Source: a virus
Lineage: Duplodnaviria > Caudoviricetes
Virus record (IMG/VR): IMGVR_UViG_3300025309_000439
Location: 1 to 52,361 of that record
Strand: one strand, 5' to 3'
Length of the DNA: 52,361 nucleotides
The notes under the pieces are model-generated. The model had not been told where the DNA came from, made no database searches, and saw nothing but the letters and a program-made list of their open reading frames with translations. Positions 34,589 through 43,823 of the stretch are shown one piece after another (positions within the stretch are counted from its first letter, which is position 1; each line of letters starts with the position of its first letter). Both the position numbers and the translations under genes were made by a program.

Positions 34589-37314
34589 AAACAGTATCAC
34601 AAGCCTATAAAGCGGCGCAGGCATCAAATCTGATCTACCCGGTCCGGAAGGTGGAGCTTTATAGAAGGCTGGCCGACGGCTCGGGTTGGGAGGCAACGGC
34701 TATTGATGTGACCACGGAAGTGGTCCAACTGGACCGGCTCTCCTGGAAGCTGGACACCGATGCCCTGAACGAATACAAGGCCTCCAATATACGCATTGAG
34801 GTGGATAACAGCACCCGCCAGTGGGAAACCCGGTTTTTGGGATTTTTGAGGTTTCGGTCTAAAATACGCATTTCTTTGGGACATAAAGCGGCGGGCCCGG
34901 ACGAGGTCTTCCCGGTCTTTACCGGAGTTATTGAGGACGCGATTGAGGATTCCGGCGCACCTAAACTTCAACTGGAGGTGCAATCGATAGACCAGTTGCT
35001 TGAGGACGCAGATGCCGACAAAGCGGCTATACCGATCTCAAACGAACTGCTCGGCATAGGCGACGGTCTGAAATCAGAATTTGAACTGGCTCAAACTCCA
35101 GTCGGGCTGGTCAAAGAAGTCCGTGCAGGCGGTGAGGTCTTAAGACCGGGCACCAGATGGACAGCTTCGAACCTCAACGACCCGCAGAAGAAAGCGAAAC
35201 TAAGCTTTGACACTATTCAGCCAGCCTCTGGTGCAGAGGTGCGAACCGATTATATCGCCTGGAAGCGCGACCGACAGATACACGATATCGTAAACGACCT
35301 CCTAAATAGCGTACCAGCGGTCCAAAAACTATCCGTTGAAACCGTAAATTTCGAGCCCGCCGCACAGCGGGAGCTATTACACACCTGCATAGGCGATTTC
35401 ATGCCTTATAACCTGCGTCGGACCGTAATAACGCCTGAAGCCGACCCGCCGGAAGGCGACGGACAGTTAACGATAGACTCGTACGACACAATAGCCAAAT
35501 GGCAGGCAGCGTTAAGCAGCAGCCGCATCAATTTTTATCGCATCGCAAACGGCATCCACCCGCGCTGGACCTCCCAGTACGAGGCCGACTACGAACCCGC
35601 GCAGGAAAAATGGACAGTCGAAGGCAACGGCGCATTCCCGTGGTTCGAGTTCCTGCCTAATGGCACCACGGCGACGCTATCTGGCAGCGTGAGAACCGTG
35701 ACGCACGCGGGCGGTTCTGACTATGTCCTGCAGAATTCAGCCGAGGAGTTTACCCTGTCGCGCTGCGTCTGCGCACGGATCAGGTTTAGTTCTATAAGCG
35801 GCACAGTGACGCTCGGCACGATGGTACAGGCTTCCCCGTTTTTGGGCGCACAGATAGAATTTCTCAATCTGAACCAGGTCCGGGTGAGAACCGCAACGAC
35901 CAGCGCGAATTACAACGTGAACCTGACACAGTTCCACACATTCCGACTGGCGCTTACGCTGACCAGCATATCGTCCGGCACCTGGGCGTTATTCGTGGAC
36001 AGCGCACAGGTCTTGTCCGGGACTTTGGGCGCGTTTTCCAGCGGCACGTCCGGCATACGCATGCAATCCAGCGGGTCGAACACGTTCCATATCGACTACC
36101 TGCGCTATTTCGGCGTGGCGCCGACACCCGCCACCGGGAACCTTACGCTTAAAGTGGATTACGGCCCGCAACTGGCTGGGCTGACTACATTTTCACTTAT
36201 AAACACGCTGGGGCCGTTCTTCGCGGAACTGCAGGGAGCAGCATCCGGCGCTCAATTCTATTATTCATGGAGCGCGGATGATATGTCTTACTCGGCCGAG
36301 ACTGCCATATCTAACGGCGGCAACGTCGGTAACTGGACGAATGTCCAGTCGCCAAGATACGTCAAGTTCAGGATAGTCCTCACGGATACGCTGGAATCAC
36401 TGCCTTACGGCATCAAACGCCTCTGGCTGCCCGCCATAGCGGAATCGCCGCTTATAGACGGCGGGACAGGGATCGTGTCATGGGATACCTGGAAAGCGGT
36501 CACAGAGGCTAATAACGGAACTGTCCAGCGGTTCACGGCGGCAGAGGCAAACAGCATGTCAGGTTTCAGCTTTCACAGGGCTATCGGTCCCGGAGATACG
36601 ATAATCTCTGATGAGTTTGCGTTCTCAATGGGCTTCCCGCTGCCCGCCAAGATGGCGTTTATCACGCTCATGAACACCTCCGGCGTCAATCCGCCAGTAT
36701 TCCGGCTCAGCGCGATAACGCTTACCACCCGGAATGTGCTGGTCTCTATGGCCAATTTTGCCAGCCGGTCGGTCCTAGAGGTTATCAAGGAGCTGGCCCG
36801 GCTTGCCGATTTCGAGATAGGCATGGACGGCGACGGCAGATTCTTCTTTAGGAACAAGGCGGCAGGCGCGACACCCGTGCTGACGCTCGACGGCTCCAAT
36901 ATCGAGAAAGTCCAAAGCATCTCCCCCGGCTGGGACAGGGTTTATAACAGCATCCGGGCCAGCTTCGGCCAATTCCTCAAAACTGCTGATTCCACCACCG
37001 AGGGTGACGCCGCGCCAACCTCTATCCAGCGATTCGGCGTACGCCCGCTATCAATAGGCGGCGGCAGCCTGACCTACCAGACCGACGTGGACCTGGCTTC
37101 AGTCATGGCGAAGCGTTATTTCAGCCGCTACAAAGAGCCAAAGCGCCGGGTTACGCTGGTTGCGCGGTTCATGCCGGAGCTGGAGTTGGGTGATCGAGTA
37201 ACTTTCAGCGTTCCGGAGCCACGACGGATAGGGCAGACCTTCGATGCGCGGGTCCTCGGCATAGCGCACGACCTAATGAATTTTCGAACCGAGTTGGATC
37301 TACTGGAGGTATAG
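34585..37314 (+). CDS. Tail tip/baseplate hub (Tal-like) protein with inserted lectin-like domains
   Basis: C-terminal DGDGRFFF, VYNSI, SIQRFG, LELGDRV hub motifs. Confidence 0.75.
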   Translation: MKTVSQAYKAAQASNLIYPVRKVELYRRLADGSGWEATAIDVTTEVVQLDRLSWKLDTDALNEYKASNIRIEVDNSTRQWETRFLGFLRFRSKIRISLGHKAAGPDEVFPVFTGVIEDAIEDSGAPKLQLEVQSIDQLLEDADADKAAIPISNELLGIGDGLKSEFELAQTPVGLVKEVRAGGEVLRPGTRWTASNLNDPQKKAKLSFDTIQPASGAEVRTDYIAWKRDRQIHDIVNDLLNSVPAVQKLSVETVNFEPAAQRELLHTCIGDFMPYNLRRTVITPEADPPEGDGQLTIDSYDTIAKWQAALSSSRINFYRIANGIHPRWTSQYEADYEPAQEKWTVEGNGAFPWFEFLPNGTTATLSGSVRTVTHAGGSDYVLQNSAEEFTLSRCVCARIRFSSISGTVTLGTMVQASPFLGAQIEFLNLNQVRVRTATTSANYNVNLTQFHTFRLALTLTSISSGTWALFVDSAQVLSGTLGAFSSGTSGIRMQSSGSNTFHIDYLRYFGVAPTPATGNLTLKVDYGPQLAGLTTFSLINTLGPFFAELQGAASGAQFYYSWSADDMSYSAETAISNGGNVGNWTNVQSPRYVKFRIVLTDTLESLPYGIKRLWLPAIAESPLIDGGTGIVSWDTWKAVTEANNGTVQRFTAAEANSMSGFSFHRAIGPGDTIISDEFAFSMGFPLPAKMAFITLMNTSGVNPPVFRLSAITLTTRNVLVSMANFASRSVLEVIKELARLADFEIGMDGDGRFFFRNKAAGATPVLTLDGSNIEKVQSISPGWDRVYNSIRASFGQFLKTADSTTEGDAAPTSIQRFGVRPLSIGGGSLTYQTDVDLASVMAKRYFSRYKEPKRRVTLVARFMPELELGDRVTFSVPEPRRIGQTFDARVLGIAHDLMNFRTELDLLEV

Positions 37315-39720
37315 ATGGCTATCAAGCGTATTTTAAACACCGCAGGCCAGTTCCAGGAGAATGTCGAGAACGCCAGCATAGACGTTTCCGCTATGCCCAT
37401 CAAACTGGCCATGACCTATCCGGTCACAACAGCCGACGATTTTAACGACGGCGTAAAGGACCCGCTTTGGAAAGAAGTGCCGCAAACAGAGGCCATATTC
37501 GAACAGCTTTTCAATATCGGTGCATTGAACCGCTTCTTTGAGATAAACGGCATCTCACACGCGCAGGCGTTCTCTTACGCGCGGGCTAAGAACGTGACCA
37601 AGGTGACGTTGCCGTTGCGGAGGTTCGGCACATTCGTCTCCGGCGAGAACCTACTTGTGGAGATACGCACCGCCACAGCCTACTCATTGCCCACCTCCAC
37701 CATCCTGGGCACGTCACAGCCGGTCGCCGCCTCCACCGTCCCCACTACCGAGGGCGCGGTAACTTTCACTTTCGCAACTCCAGTCGCCCTACAGGCGAAT
37801 ATTCCGTATGCCATTGTCTTGAAAGCCACCTGGGCATCGCACACCTATCCAAACGTTATCCAGTGGGGTGCGCAGATGATCAGTCCACTGAGCCCTTACA
37901 GTTCTGGTAGGCCGAGTTTTTATAGCTCCGGCACATCATCCTGGAATTACATTTGGGAATTGGTAGTCATGGATCTGAAGGACCTGATAGATTTCCATTT
38001 CCAGCTATGGGGCACGTCCCCGCCCGGAACGGCAGACCCGCCGGAGGCTGGCGGGTATCTTGACTTCGACTACACGTCCGAGACCTCGCCAAAGAATATC
38101 GAGACCTTGCGTAACTCGGCGCTAAACTCGATGGAGTGCGAGACCCGGTTTCTGTTTAGCCGCTACGGCGCGGCGGCCACGCCAAGCACCGCTAAATGGG
38201 GCTTTGGCATACTGCAGGCCAATCCAATCCCCTCGGCAGTTCCGATAGCGAACAAGAATGGCATCCTGCTGTGGGAAATGCTTGTCTCGACCTCCCCGGG
38301 AAACAGCACGGTTTATTTCACGCCGGTTGTAGTCGCCACTGGTGGCCAGGAATGGACCTGGAATGGCTCGGCATGGGTAACATTTAACCGCGCCTCACCC
38401 ACCGTGATATTCCCTGTTAACACGATAAGCATGCCTTTTACCCTCTACGTTACGCAGGGCCCACTAGGCACGATAAAGATGAAGCTCATCAAAAACGATA
38501 ATCCGGCACAGGTTGTTCTTGAGACAACGGACTCACCGGTTGTCAGAACCCTATCGGGCAACCGGTTTCTGGATATCGGTAATTCCGACCAGATGTATGC
38601 CTCACGTTTTCGGTTTGATTATTTCAAACTGTCCGGCACTCCGGTAGAGGCTGATTCCGGGCATGTAACGCTGCGGCACACGTTCGCGCAGAAGCATCGG
38701 GTAAGCGCGTTTACACTGGACCGGACCCTGCCAGCGCCGGGCAGCAAAATAAACGTGCGCGTCCGGGCCGGGAATACGATTGAGGAAGTCCAAGCGCAGT
38801 CATTTGGTGTTCCTTTAGCCACAACTGTTAGTGGCAGCAAAGAAACGGGGCAATTGACGTTACCTCCAGCCACTATCTTTGAAACCCAGCTGGAGTTTAT
38901 TAAGGCCAGTCCGGGGCCGACACTGAACTCGTTTGATTTCACCTCGGCTCTGACCGCTGTTGAGGACGACCAGCCGATAATTCTGTCACTCGACGAGGCA
39001 GGACCGGGGCTCGCGGCGGTGACCTCCAGCGAAGAAGGATTAAACGAAACCACTAACACCAAAAAGCTCATTGATGCGGATGCAGACACGCAATGGGCCT
39101 CGCTTGTGGCCTCTGATGCGACGCCGGTGACACTGCAGGTCACGTTCCTTGGGCCAGGCGGCGGGAATGAGCTGCGCAATATCAACTGCGTTATCCTGCG
39201 CAACACCAACATAAAGGCCCTGCGGGTTTATTCCGGGAGCACAACCTTGTTTGACGGCGAGATCACGGACGACGATGCGATAATCCCGTTCAACACTCTA
39301 TCCACCCCGGTTATCCAGATAGAGGCCAAGACCACCAAAGTGGCCAACCAGAACAAGAAAATTGGGGAGCTTTATTGTGGGCAGTTACTCCTCGCGCTGC
39401 CCAATTTCGAGTCGTATTCCCCGCAACGCGAACTTTTTGAGTCCGGCAGCTTCCGGACTTTGGGCGGCAAGCTCATCGCATATCGCGGCAAGAATAAATA
39501 TGCGAGCCGGTGGCGGGTGACACTGGCCGACCCGGCCTCAAAAGACACTGTCGAACTGCTGTTCAGGCAGAATCCGCTTGTCACGTTCTGGCCGGAGCCG
39601 AATGCCAGACCGCGCGATCTGTTCGACGTTGGTTGGAAGATAGAGGCCCTGCCATATGCCTATACCGACGTGTTCAAGCCAGCCGGGCACACCATCGAGG
39701 CCGAGGTAACGGAAATTTAA
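37315..39720 (+). CDS. Minor tail protein with carbohydrate-binding-like domains and a Dit-like C-terminus
   Basis: Beta-rich 801-aa protein; LIDAD..TQW discoidin-like start; IGELYCG..RTLGG C-terminal pattern. Confidence 0.65.
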   Translation: MAIKRILNTAGQFQENVENASIDVSAMPIKLAMTYPVTTADDFNDGVKDPLWKEVPQTEAIFEQLFNIGALNRFFEINGISHAQAFSYARAKNVTKVTLPLRRFGTFVSGENLLVEIRTATAYSLPTSTILGTSQPVAASTVPTTEGAVTFTFATPVALQANIPYAIVLKATWASHTYPNVIQWGAQMISPLSPYSSGRPSFYSSGTSSWNYIWELVVMDLKDLIDFHFQLWGTSPPGTADPPEAGGYLDFDYTSETSPKNIETLRNSALNSMECETRFLFSRYGAAATPSTAKWGFGILQANPIPSAVPIANKNGILLWEMLVSTSPGNSTVYFTPVVVATGGQEWTWNGSAWVTFNRASPTVIFPVNTISMPFTLYVTQGPLGTIKMKLIKNDNPAQVVLETTDSPVVRTLSGNRFLDIGNSDQMYASRFRFDYFKLSGTPVEADSGHVTLRHTFAQKHRVSAFTLDRTLPAPGSKINVRVRAGNTIEEVQAQSFGVPLATTVSGSKETGQLTLPPATIFETQLEFIKASPGPTLNSFDFTSALTAVEDDQPIILSLDEAGPGLAAVTSSEEGLNETTNTKKLIDADADTQWASLVASDATPVTLQVTFLGPGGGNELRNINCVILRNTNIKALRVYSGSTTLFDGEITDDDAIIPFNTLSTPVIQIEAKTTKVANQNKKIGELYCGQLLLALPNFESYSPQRELFESGSFRTLGGKLIAYRGKNKYASRWRVTLADPASKDTVELLFRQNPLVTFWPEPNARPRDLFDVGWKIEALPYAYTDVFKPAGHTIEAEVTEI

Positions 39721-39721
39721 C

Positions 39722-39754
39722 CGCGTCAAAACCGGCGGCAATCCGGTTTATATG
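39722..39754 (+). promoter_or_regulatory. Candidate ECF-sigma promoter (copy 3) upstream of the lysis genes, overlapping a small hairpin
   Basis: CGCGTCA-N14-CCGGTTTATA; same -35-like element and spacing as 5329. Confidence 0.45.
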
Positions 39755-39768
39755 TATTGGAGGATAAC

Positions 39769-40341
39769 ATGAACAAAGCAAAATTGGAATTAGCCATCGA
39801 TGTGCCACGATTCCGACACTGGTCGGGCATAGTCTGGCATCATTCAGCCAGCCCTGACGGCACAATGCGGGACTGGGAGGCGATACGGAGATACCACACA
39901 GCCTATCGCGTAGACGGTGACATCGTTTCGGAAGCCGAGTACAAACGACGGTTGGCCGCCGGAATTGGGAAATCATTCCAGGCGCCTTGGTCTGATATCG
40001 GCTATCACGGCGGGACGGAATGGGTCAATGGCCAGGTCGTCTTCAATTGGGGCAGGCCACTCAGCCAGATAGGCGCACATGCGGGAGTCAAAAACGCCTC
40101 CAATCTTTACAATACGGAGTACTTGGGACTATGTGCCGTCGGAGATTTTGACAAAGCACCGCCTAAACCGGAGCACTGGGAGTTCAACCTGCGGCTTACG
40201 CGCACCTTTATGGAAGCCTTCCGCATACCGGCCAGCCATATAATAGGCCACCGGGAGGTTTATGACCGGCTCGGTGTTCCCCGACAAAAATCCTGCCCCG
40301 GAAAATGCTGGGACATGGAACTGTTTAGGAGCGAACTCTGA
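39769..40341 (+). CDS. Endolysin, N-acetylmuramoyl-L-alanine amidase (Amidase_2)
   Basis: IVWHHSA, IGYH, GAH, GHRE, KSCPG motifs. Confidence 0.93.
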   Translation: MNKAKLELAIDVPRFRHWSGIVWHHSASPDGTMRDWEAIRRYHTAYRVDGDIVSEAEYKRRLAAGIGKSFQAPWSDIGYHGGTEWVNGQVVFNWGRPLSQIGAHAGVKNASNLYNTEYLGLCAVGDFDKAPPKPEHWEFNLRLTRTFMEAFRIPASHIIGHREVYDRLGVPRQKSCPGKCWDMELFRSEL

Positions 40342-40661
40342 TGAACAGGATACGGCGGCTTACCCTGTCATTCGCGCGAAAAACCCTTAAAAGCGACTTC
40401 GCGCAAAACCTGATGCGGGATTTGAAGTCTCTTAGGACCCTTTGGAATTGGCTATACATGGCGCTCTATGCCTGGATTTGCATCTGGACGGTGCTGTACC
40501 ACCCAGACGCCATCTCCACGGTCGTAACCATAACTGGCGGCGTCGTATCGGTTATTTTTACCGGATATGTTCTGACCAAGACCTATGAGAAAGTTAAAAA
40601 CGGGAACGGCAACGGAAACCACAAGCCGCCCGGAGGAGATGGGAATGACGCTTCTGATTAA
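40341..40661 (+). CDS. Holin
   Basis: Two hydrophobic helices and a charged tail; follows the endolysin. Confidence 0.75.
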   Translation: MNRIRRLTLSFARKTLKSDFAQNLMRDLKSLRTLWNWLYMALYAWICIWTVLYHPDAISTVVTITGGVVSVIFTGYVLTKTYEKVKNGNGNGNHKPPGGDGNDASD

Positions 40662-41223
40662 ATTATTCGGGTTTGTTATCCGGCGACCGCATGAGGCCGC
40701 TATTATCTTGCTGGCCCTGCTGGTGGCAGTCTTATATTGGCAACTACGGCGAGAAACCGGTAGGTCAGAGCAACTGACCACTAAGATTGAAGGCCTGCCA
40801 CCAGACACGAAGCAGACGGTTACGATATACCGGGATCGCGTTGTTACCAAATGGCGTGACGGACCCACGAAGATTGAGTATCGCGACCGCTACATTCCAC
40901 CTGAAGGACATGTTGAGGTTGTGAGCAAGGTGGACCAACCGAATACGTCACCGGAGGTAGTGGTCAAGGATCGCGGCTTTACTCGGAGGTTGGGCGGCGG
41001 ACTGGTTTACTCTGACAAGCTACTGCCGCTGGTAGACATTAAGTTTGTCTACTGGCGGCGATATAGTCTCACCGTCGGCATCACGCCGGGATTCGGCGGG
41101 ATTGGTCTTTCACGCCACATTGAAGATTTTACGCCGTTTCAGAATCTAGAGCTACAATGCATCGCCGGTCTTGGATGGGATGCAGACCTTCACTTTGGTA
41201 TTGGACTGCGAACAAATTTTTGA
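40645..41223 (+). CDS. Membrane-anchored lysis-module protein, spanin candidate
   Basis: N-terminal transmembrane helix; amphipathic beta-strands ending HFGIGLRTNF. Confidence 0.6.
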   Translation: MTLLIKLFGFVIRRPHEAAIILLALLVAVLYWQLRRETGRSEQLTTKIEGLPPDTKQTVTIYRDRVVTKWRDGPTKIEYRDRYIPPEGHVEVVSKVDQPNTSPEVVVKDRGFTRRLGGGLVYSDKLLPLVDIKFVYWRRYSLTVGITPGFGGIGLSRHIEDFTPFQNLELQCIAGLGWDADLHFGIGLRTNF

Positions 41224-41255
41224 TCAGAAGTTTCTGAACTGTTTCAAATTACTGC

Positions 41256-43823
41256 TTACAAAAGGCTTTTAATAGCGCTCCAATCCTTCCCCTTTGGCAT
41301 TACAAAAAGGCATTTACCATTGCTGCGTTTTGCCCATAGTTCTCCGATTTGGCGTTTTTCCTTGCTATCCGGTGTGTCCCAAATATTTTCGCCTTTATAT
41401 TCAACCACCAGTGTTCTACCGTCTTTTAACTGGCAGAGAAAGTCTGGGTAAAAGCGATCCGTGGCCGTCTGCAATGAGAAAGAATAGATTTTACGTTCAA
41501 TATTTCGAACCCAATATTTGACCTCATCGAGCTTTGAAAGAAAAAGAGCGCAATCAAATTCTTCGCCCTCAGCTTTTAAATCCCCTATCTCGGGGAAAAA
41601 GTGCTTTGTAAGTTTAACAAAGCCGGTATAGGGCCAGTTGTAGGCGTATTTACCCTCCTGGAAAGCTATGGCATTATCAAGATTGACAGAAAAGTTATCA
41701 TCATTAGATAAAAGCATTTGATGGTTTTTCCGCATTGCCTCGGCCTTGTTTTTCTTTACCAGATTTTCAAGGGCTGCCCGCAACCTAAACTTTGAATGGG
41801 CTAACTCGCTTAAAATAATTTTTCGATCACCAAGCAGATATGAAACCGCTTTATTTAGGAAAGCCGCCTTATCATCCGGCAGGATGGTAACATCTAAAAT
41901 GTTTTTATCCAGCCAGGAAACAAGTTCAACCTGTGACCATTCTTTATATCCCTCAAACAATCCAATTTCCATCTCAATCTTTTCAAAATATTCAAACTCT
42001 ATTCTACCTTTCTCACTGACGGCGAATTTGCCGCCGTCGGCACTCTGTCCGGAACGCTTAAATTCTGCCTCGGGAAGCTCATAAGAATAATCCACAAGCT
42101 TCCATCCTTTTTCAAGCAGATGGGTGTCCTCAAATGGCTCCCAAATGCCCGCGCTTTTATAAGCCAAAAGCGAAACTGTAAATATTTCTTTTTTTTCCGC
42201 CGGGCTTAGTTCCCTGGCTTCCCGCCCTGAATGCAGTTTGGCTATGGCTTTATGCGCTGCTTCTATACCTTTTTCGGTATGAAAAATCTTTTCAAAAGCA
42301 ACTTCTTGAGGCTTGGTCAAAGTCCCTTTTATTGTAATCGAACCGGTTTCCTGCGCCACCTCTATCTTACTCTTCAGGTTATCAGGGATGGATTCCACAG
42401 AGGGCAGTTCCGGCGAGGCAAAGGTTACCGGTTGCGCCTTAAAAAGCTCCAGATCAGGCTGCCCATCCGAGATGTGTATAAAATCAGCGGCCTCCTGCTG
42501 TTCAAAGCCATTGCTAACCAAGCCGTCATGAAGACTTTTTACTGTGGCTTGAAAATCGCTTGAAGTCACATAGGCGTAGGCGACATTAAGTTCCGGGGCC
42601 TGCTTCTTTTTGGCTTTGGGCATACGCATTATGCGCCCTAAAATCTGCTCTGCTGCAGTGGAAGAGTTTGTGTTGCGGAAAGTGCAGAGCACATAAGCAA
42701 AAGGACAATCCCACCCCTCACGCAGTTTATCAATGGTTATGATAAATCTCTTATGGCTTTTTTCTGAAAGAATATTTTCACCTTTCAAGTCATCCACAGC
42801 ACCAGTAGCGATAGCGATTTGCCCTTCCGGAATTTTGAAGTCATCAATTAAAGATTTTTTTACCAGCTCTGGGGAGAGGGTTTCTTTCCCCTGCTCTCTA
42901 CGCTCAGCCTGTAAAAGCATCACAGGGCGGATATATTCCCCCGTTAATGCGCGTTCCGCATCGGCTTTAGTCTGTAAATTATTCAAGCGGGCAATAGCAT
43001 CCCTTAATGCATCTTCCCAATTATCTCGGCGGACAAGCTCCAACGGCATTTTTATCATCTCTTCCGCCTGTAAAGAAGCCGCCGAAACACTAAACAGGAC
43101 ATTGCTAGGGGAAAATGTGCGATCCGGTGTGGCGGTGAGTTCTAAAATAGCGCTGGGCTCAAACCTTGCCAGGGTTTCAAAAGCTAAAGGCGTTCCTTGG
43201 TTGTGTGCTTCGTCAACAACAATAAAGGGATGGCGCATCCTTAAAACATCAACAAAAGAATGATTACCTTTTATTTCCGGGTCCTGCACGTTCTCAAAGT
43301 GAGGCATTAACACCCCGCTTTGCTTATAAACGTTGAGCCGGTCTGTATCAGCCTGTTTAAATGCCTGCATGGTGGCAACTATTATCACATTAGACCCATT
43401 TAACACAGCAGGTTGAATGTGGAGCGCTTCTTCAATACCCAGGACACTTACATCGCCTAAAGATGAAAAGACAAAATCATGCAGCAGGTTACCGGAAGTT
43501 TTTAGCGCCTGCAAGGTTTGCTCCCTTATTGGCTCCGACGGAACAAGCCAAAGGGTTACACTATGCTGAGTAAAAAGCAGGCTACGGTTGGCCCTCTCTA
43601 TAGCCATACCGCCGATAAGAGTTTTGCCACCACCGGTTGGTATACGCAAACAGATATACGGGACATCTGTGAGTGTGGGCAGTGAACGATAATGTAGAGG
43701 ACTACCGAACCATTCGGCAGTGGTATGTTGAAAAGCCTGTGTAGTGTTGCCAGTTGTTTTACAGATTTTGAAAAAATTCTCTAGGTGGTCCAATGCCTGC
43801 TGTTGATACTGTTTTAAAATCAT
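41256..43823 (-). CDS. res: Type III restriction endonuclease Res subunit
   Basis: PTGGGKT, DEAH, LTATP, LREGWD, QILGRIMR helicase motifs; FYPDF..VEYKG nuclease motif. Confidence 0.93.
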   Translation of the reverse strand: MILKQYQQQALDHLENFFKICKTTGNTTQAFQHTTAEWFGSPLHYRSLPTLTDVPYICLRIPTGGGKTLIGGMAIERANRSLLFTQHSVTLWLVPSEPIREQTLQALKTSGNLLHDFVFSSLGDVSVLGIEEALHIQPAVLNGSNVIIVATMQAFKQADTDRLNVYKQSGVLMPHFENVQDPEIKGNHSFVDVLRMRHPFIVVDEAHNQGTPLAFETLARFEPSAILELTATPDRTFSPSNVLFSVSAASLQAEEMIKMPLELVRRDNWEDALRDAIARLNNLQTKADAERALTGEYIRPVMLLQAERREQGKETLSPELVKKSLIDDFKIPEGQIAIATGAVDDLKGENILSEKSHKRFIITIDKLREGWDCPFAYVLCTFRNTNSSTAAEQILGRIMRMPKAKKKQAPELNVAYAYVTSSDFQATVKSLHDGLVSNGFEQQEAADFIHISDGQPDLELFKAQPVTFASPELPSVESIPDNLKSKIEVAQETGSITIKGTLTKPQEVAFEKIFHTEKGIEAAHKAIAKLHSGREARELSPAEKKEIFTVSLLAYKSAGIWEPFEDTHLLEKGWKLVDYSYELPEAEFKRSGQSADGGKFAVSEKGRIEFEYFEKIEMEIGLFEGYKEWSQVELVSWLDKNILDVTILPDDKAAFLNKAVSYLLGDRKIILSELAHSKFRLRAALENLVKKNKAEAMRKNHQMLLSNDDNFSVNLDNAIAFQEGKYAYNWPYTGFVKLTKHFFPEIGDLKAEGEEFDCALFLSKLDEVKYWVRNIERKIYSFSLQTATDRFYPDFLCQLKDGRTLVVEYKGENIWDTPDSKEKRQIGELWAKRSNGKCLFVMPKGKDWSAIKSLL

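Noticed and set aside
25267-39720. Diversity-generating retroelement or invertible fibre shufflon
   Set aside because: No reverse transcriptase, no template/variable repeat pair and no inverted fibre cassettes seen.
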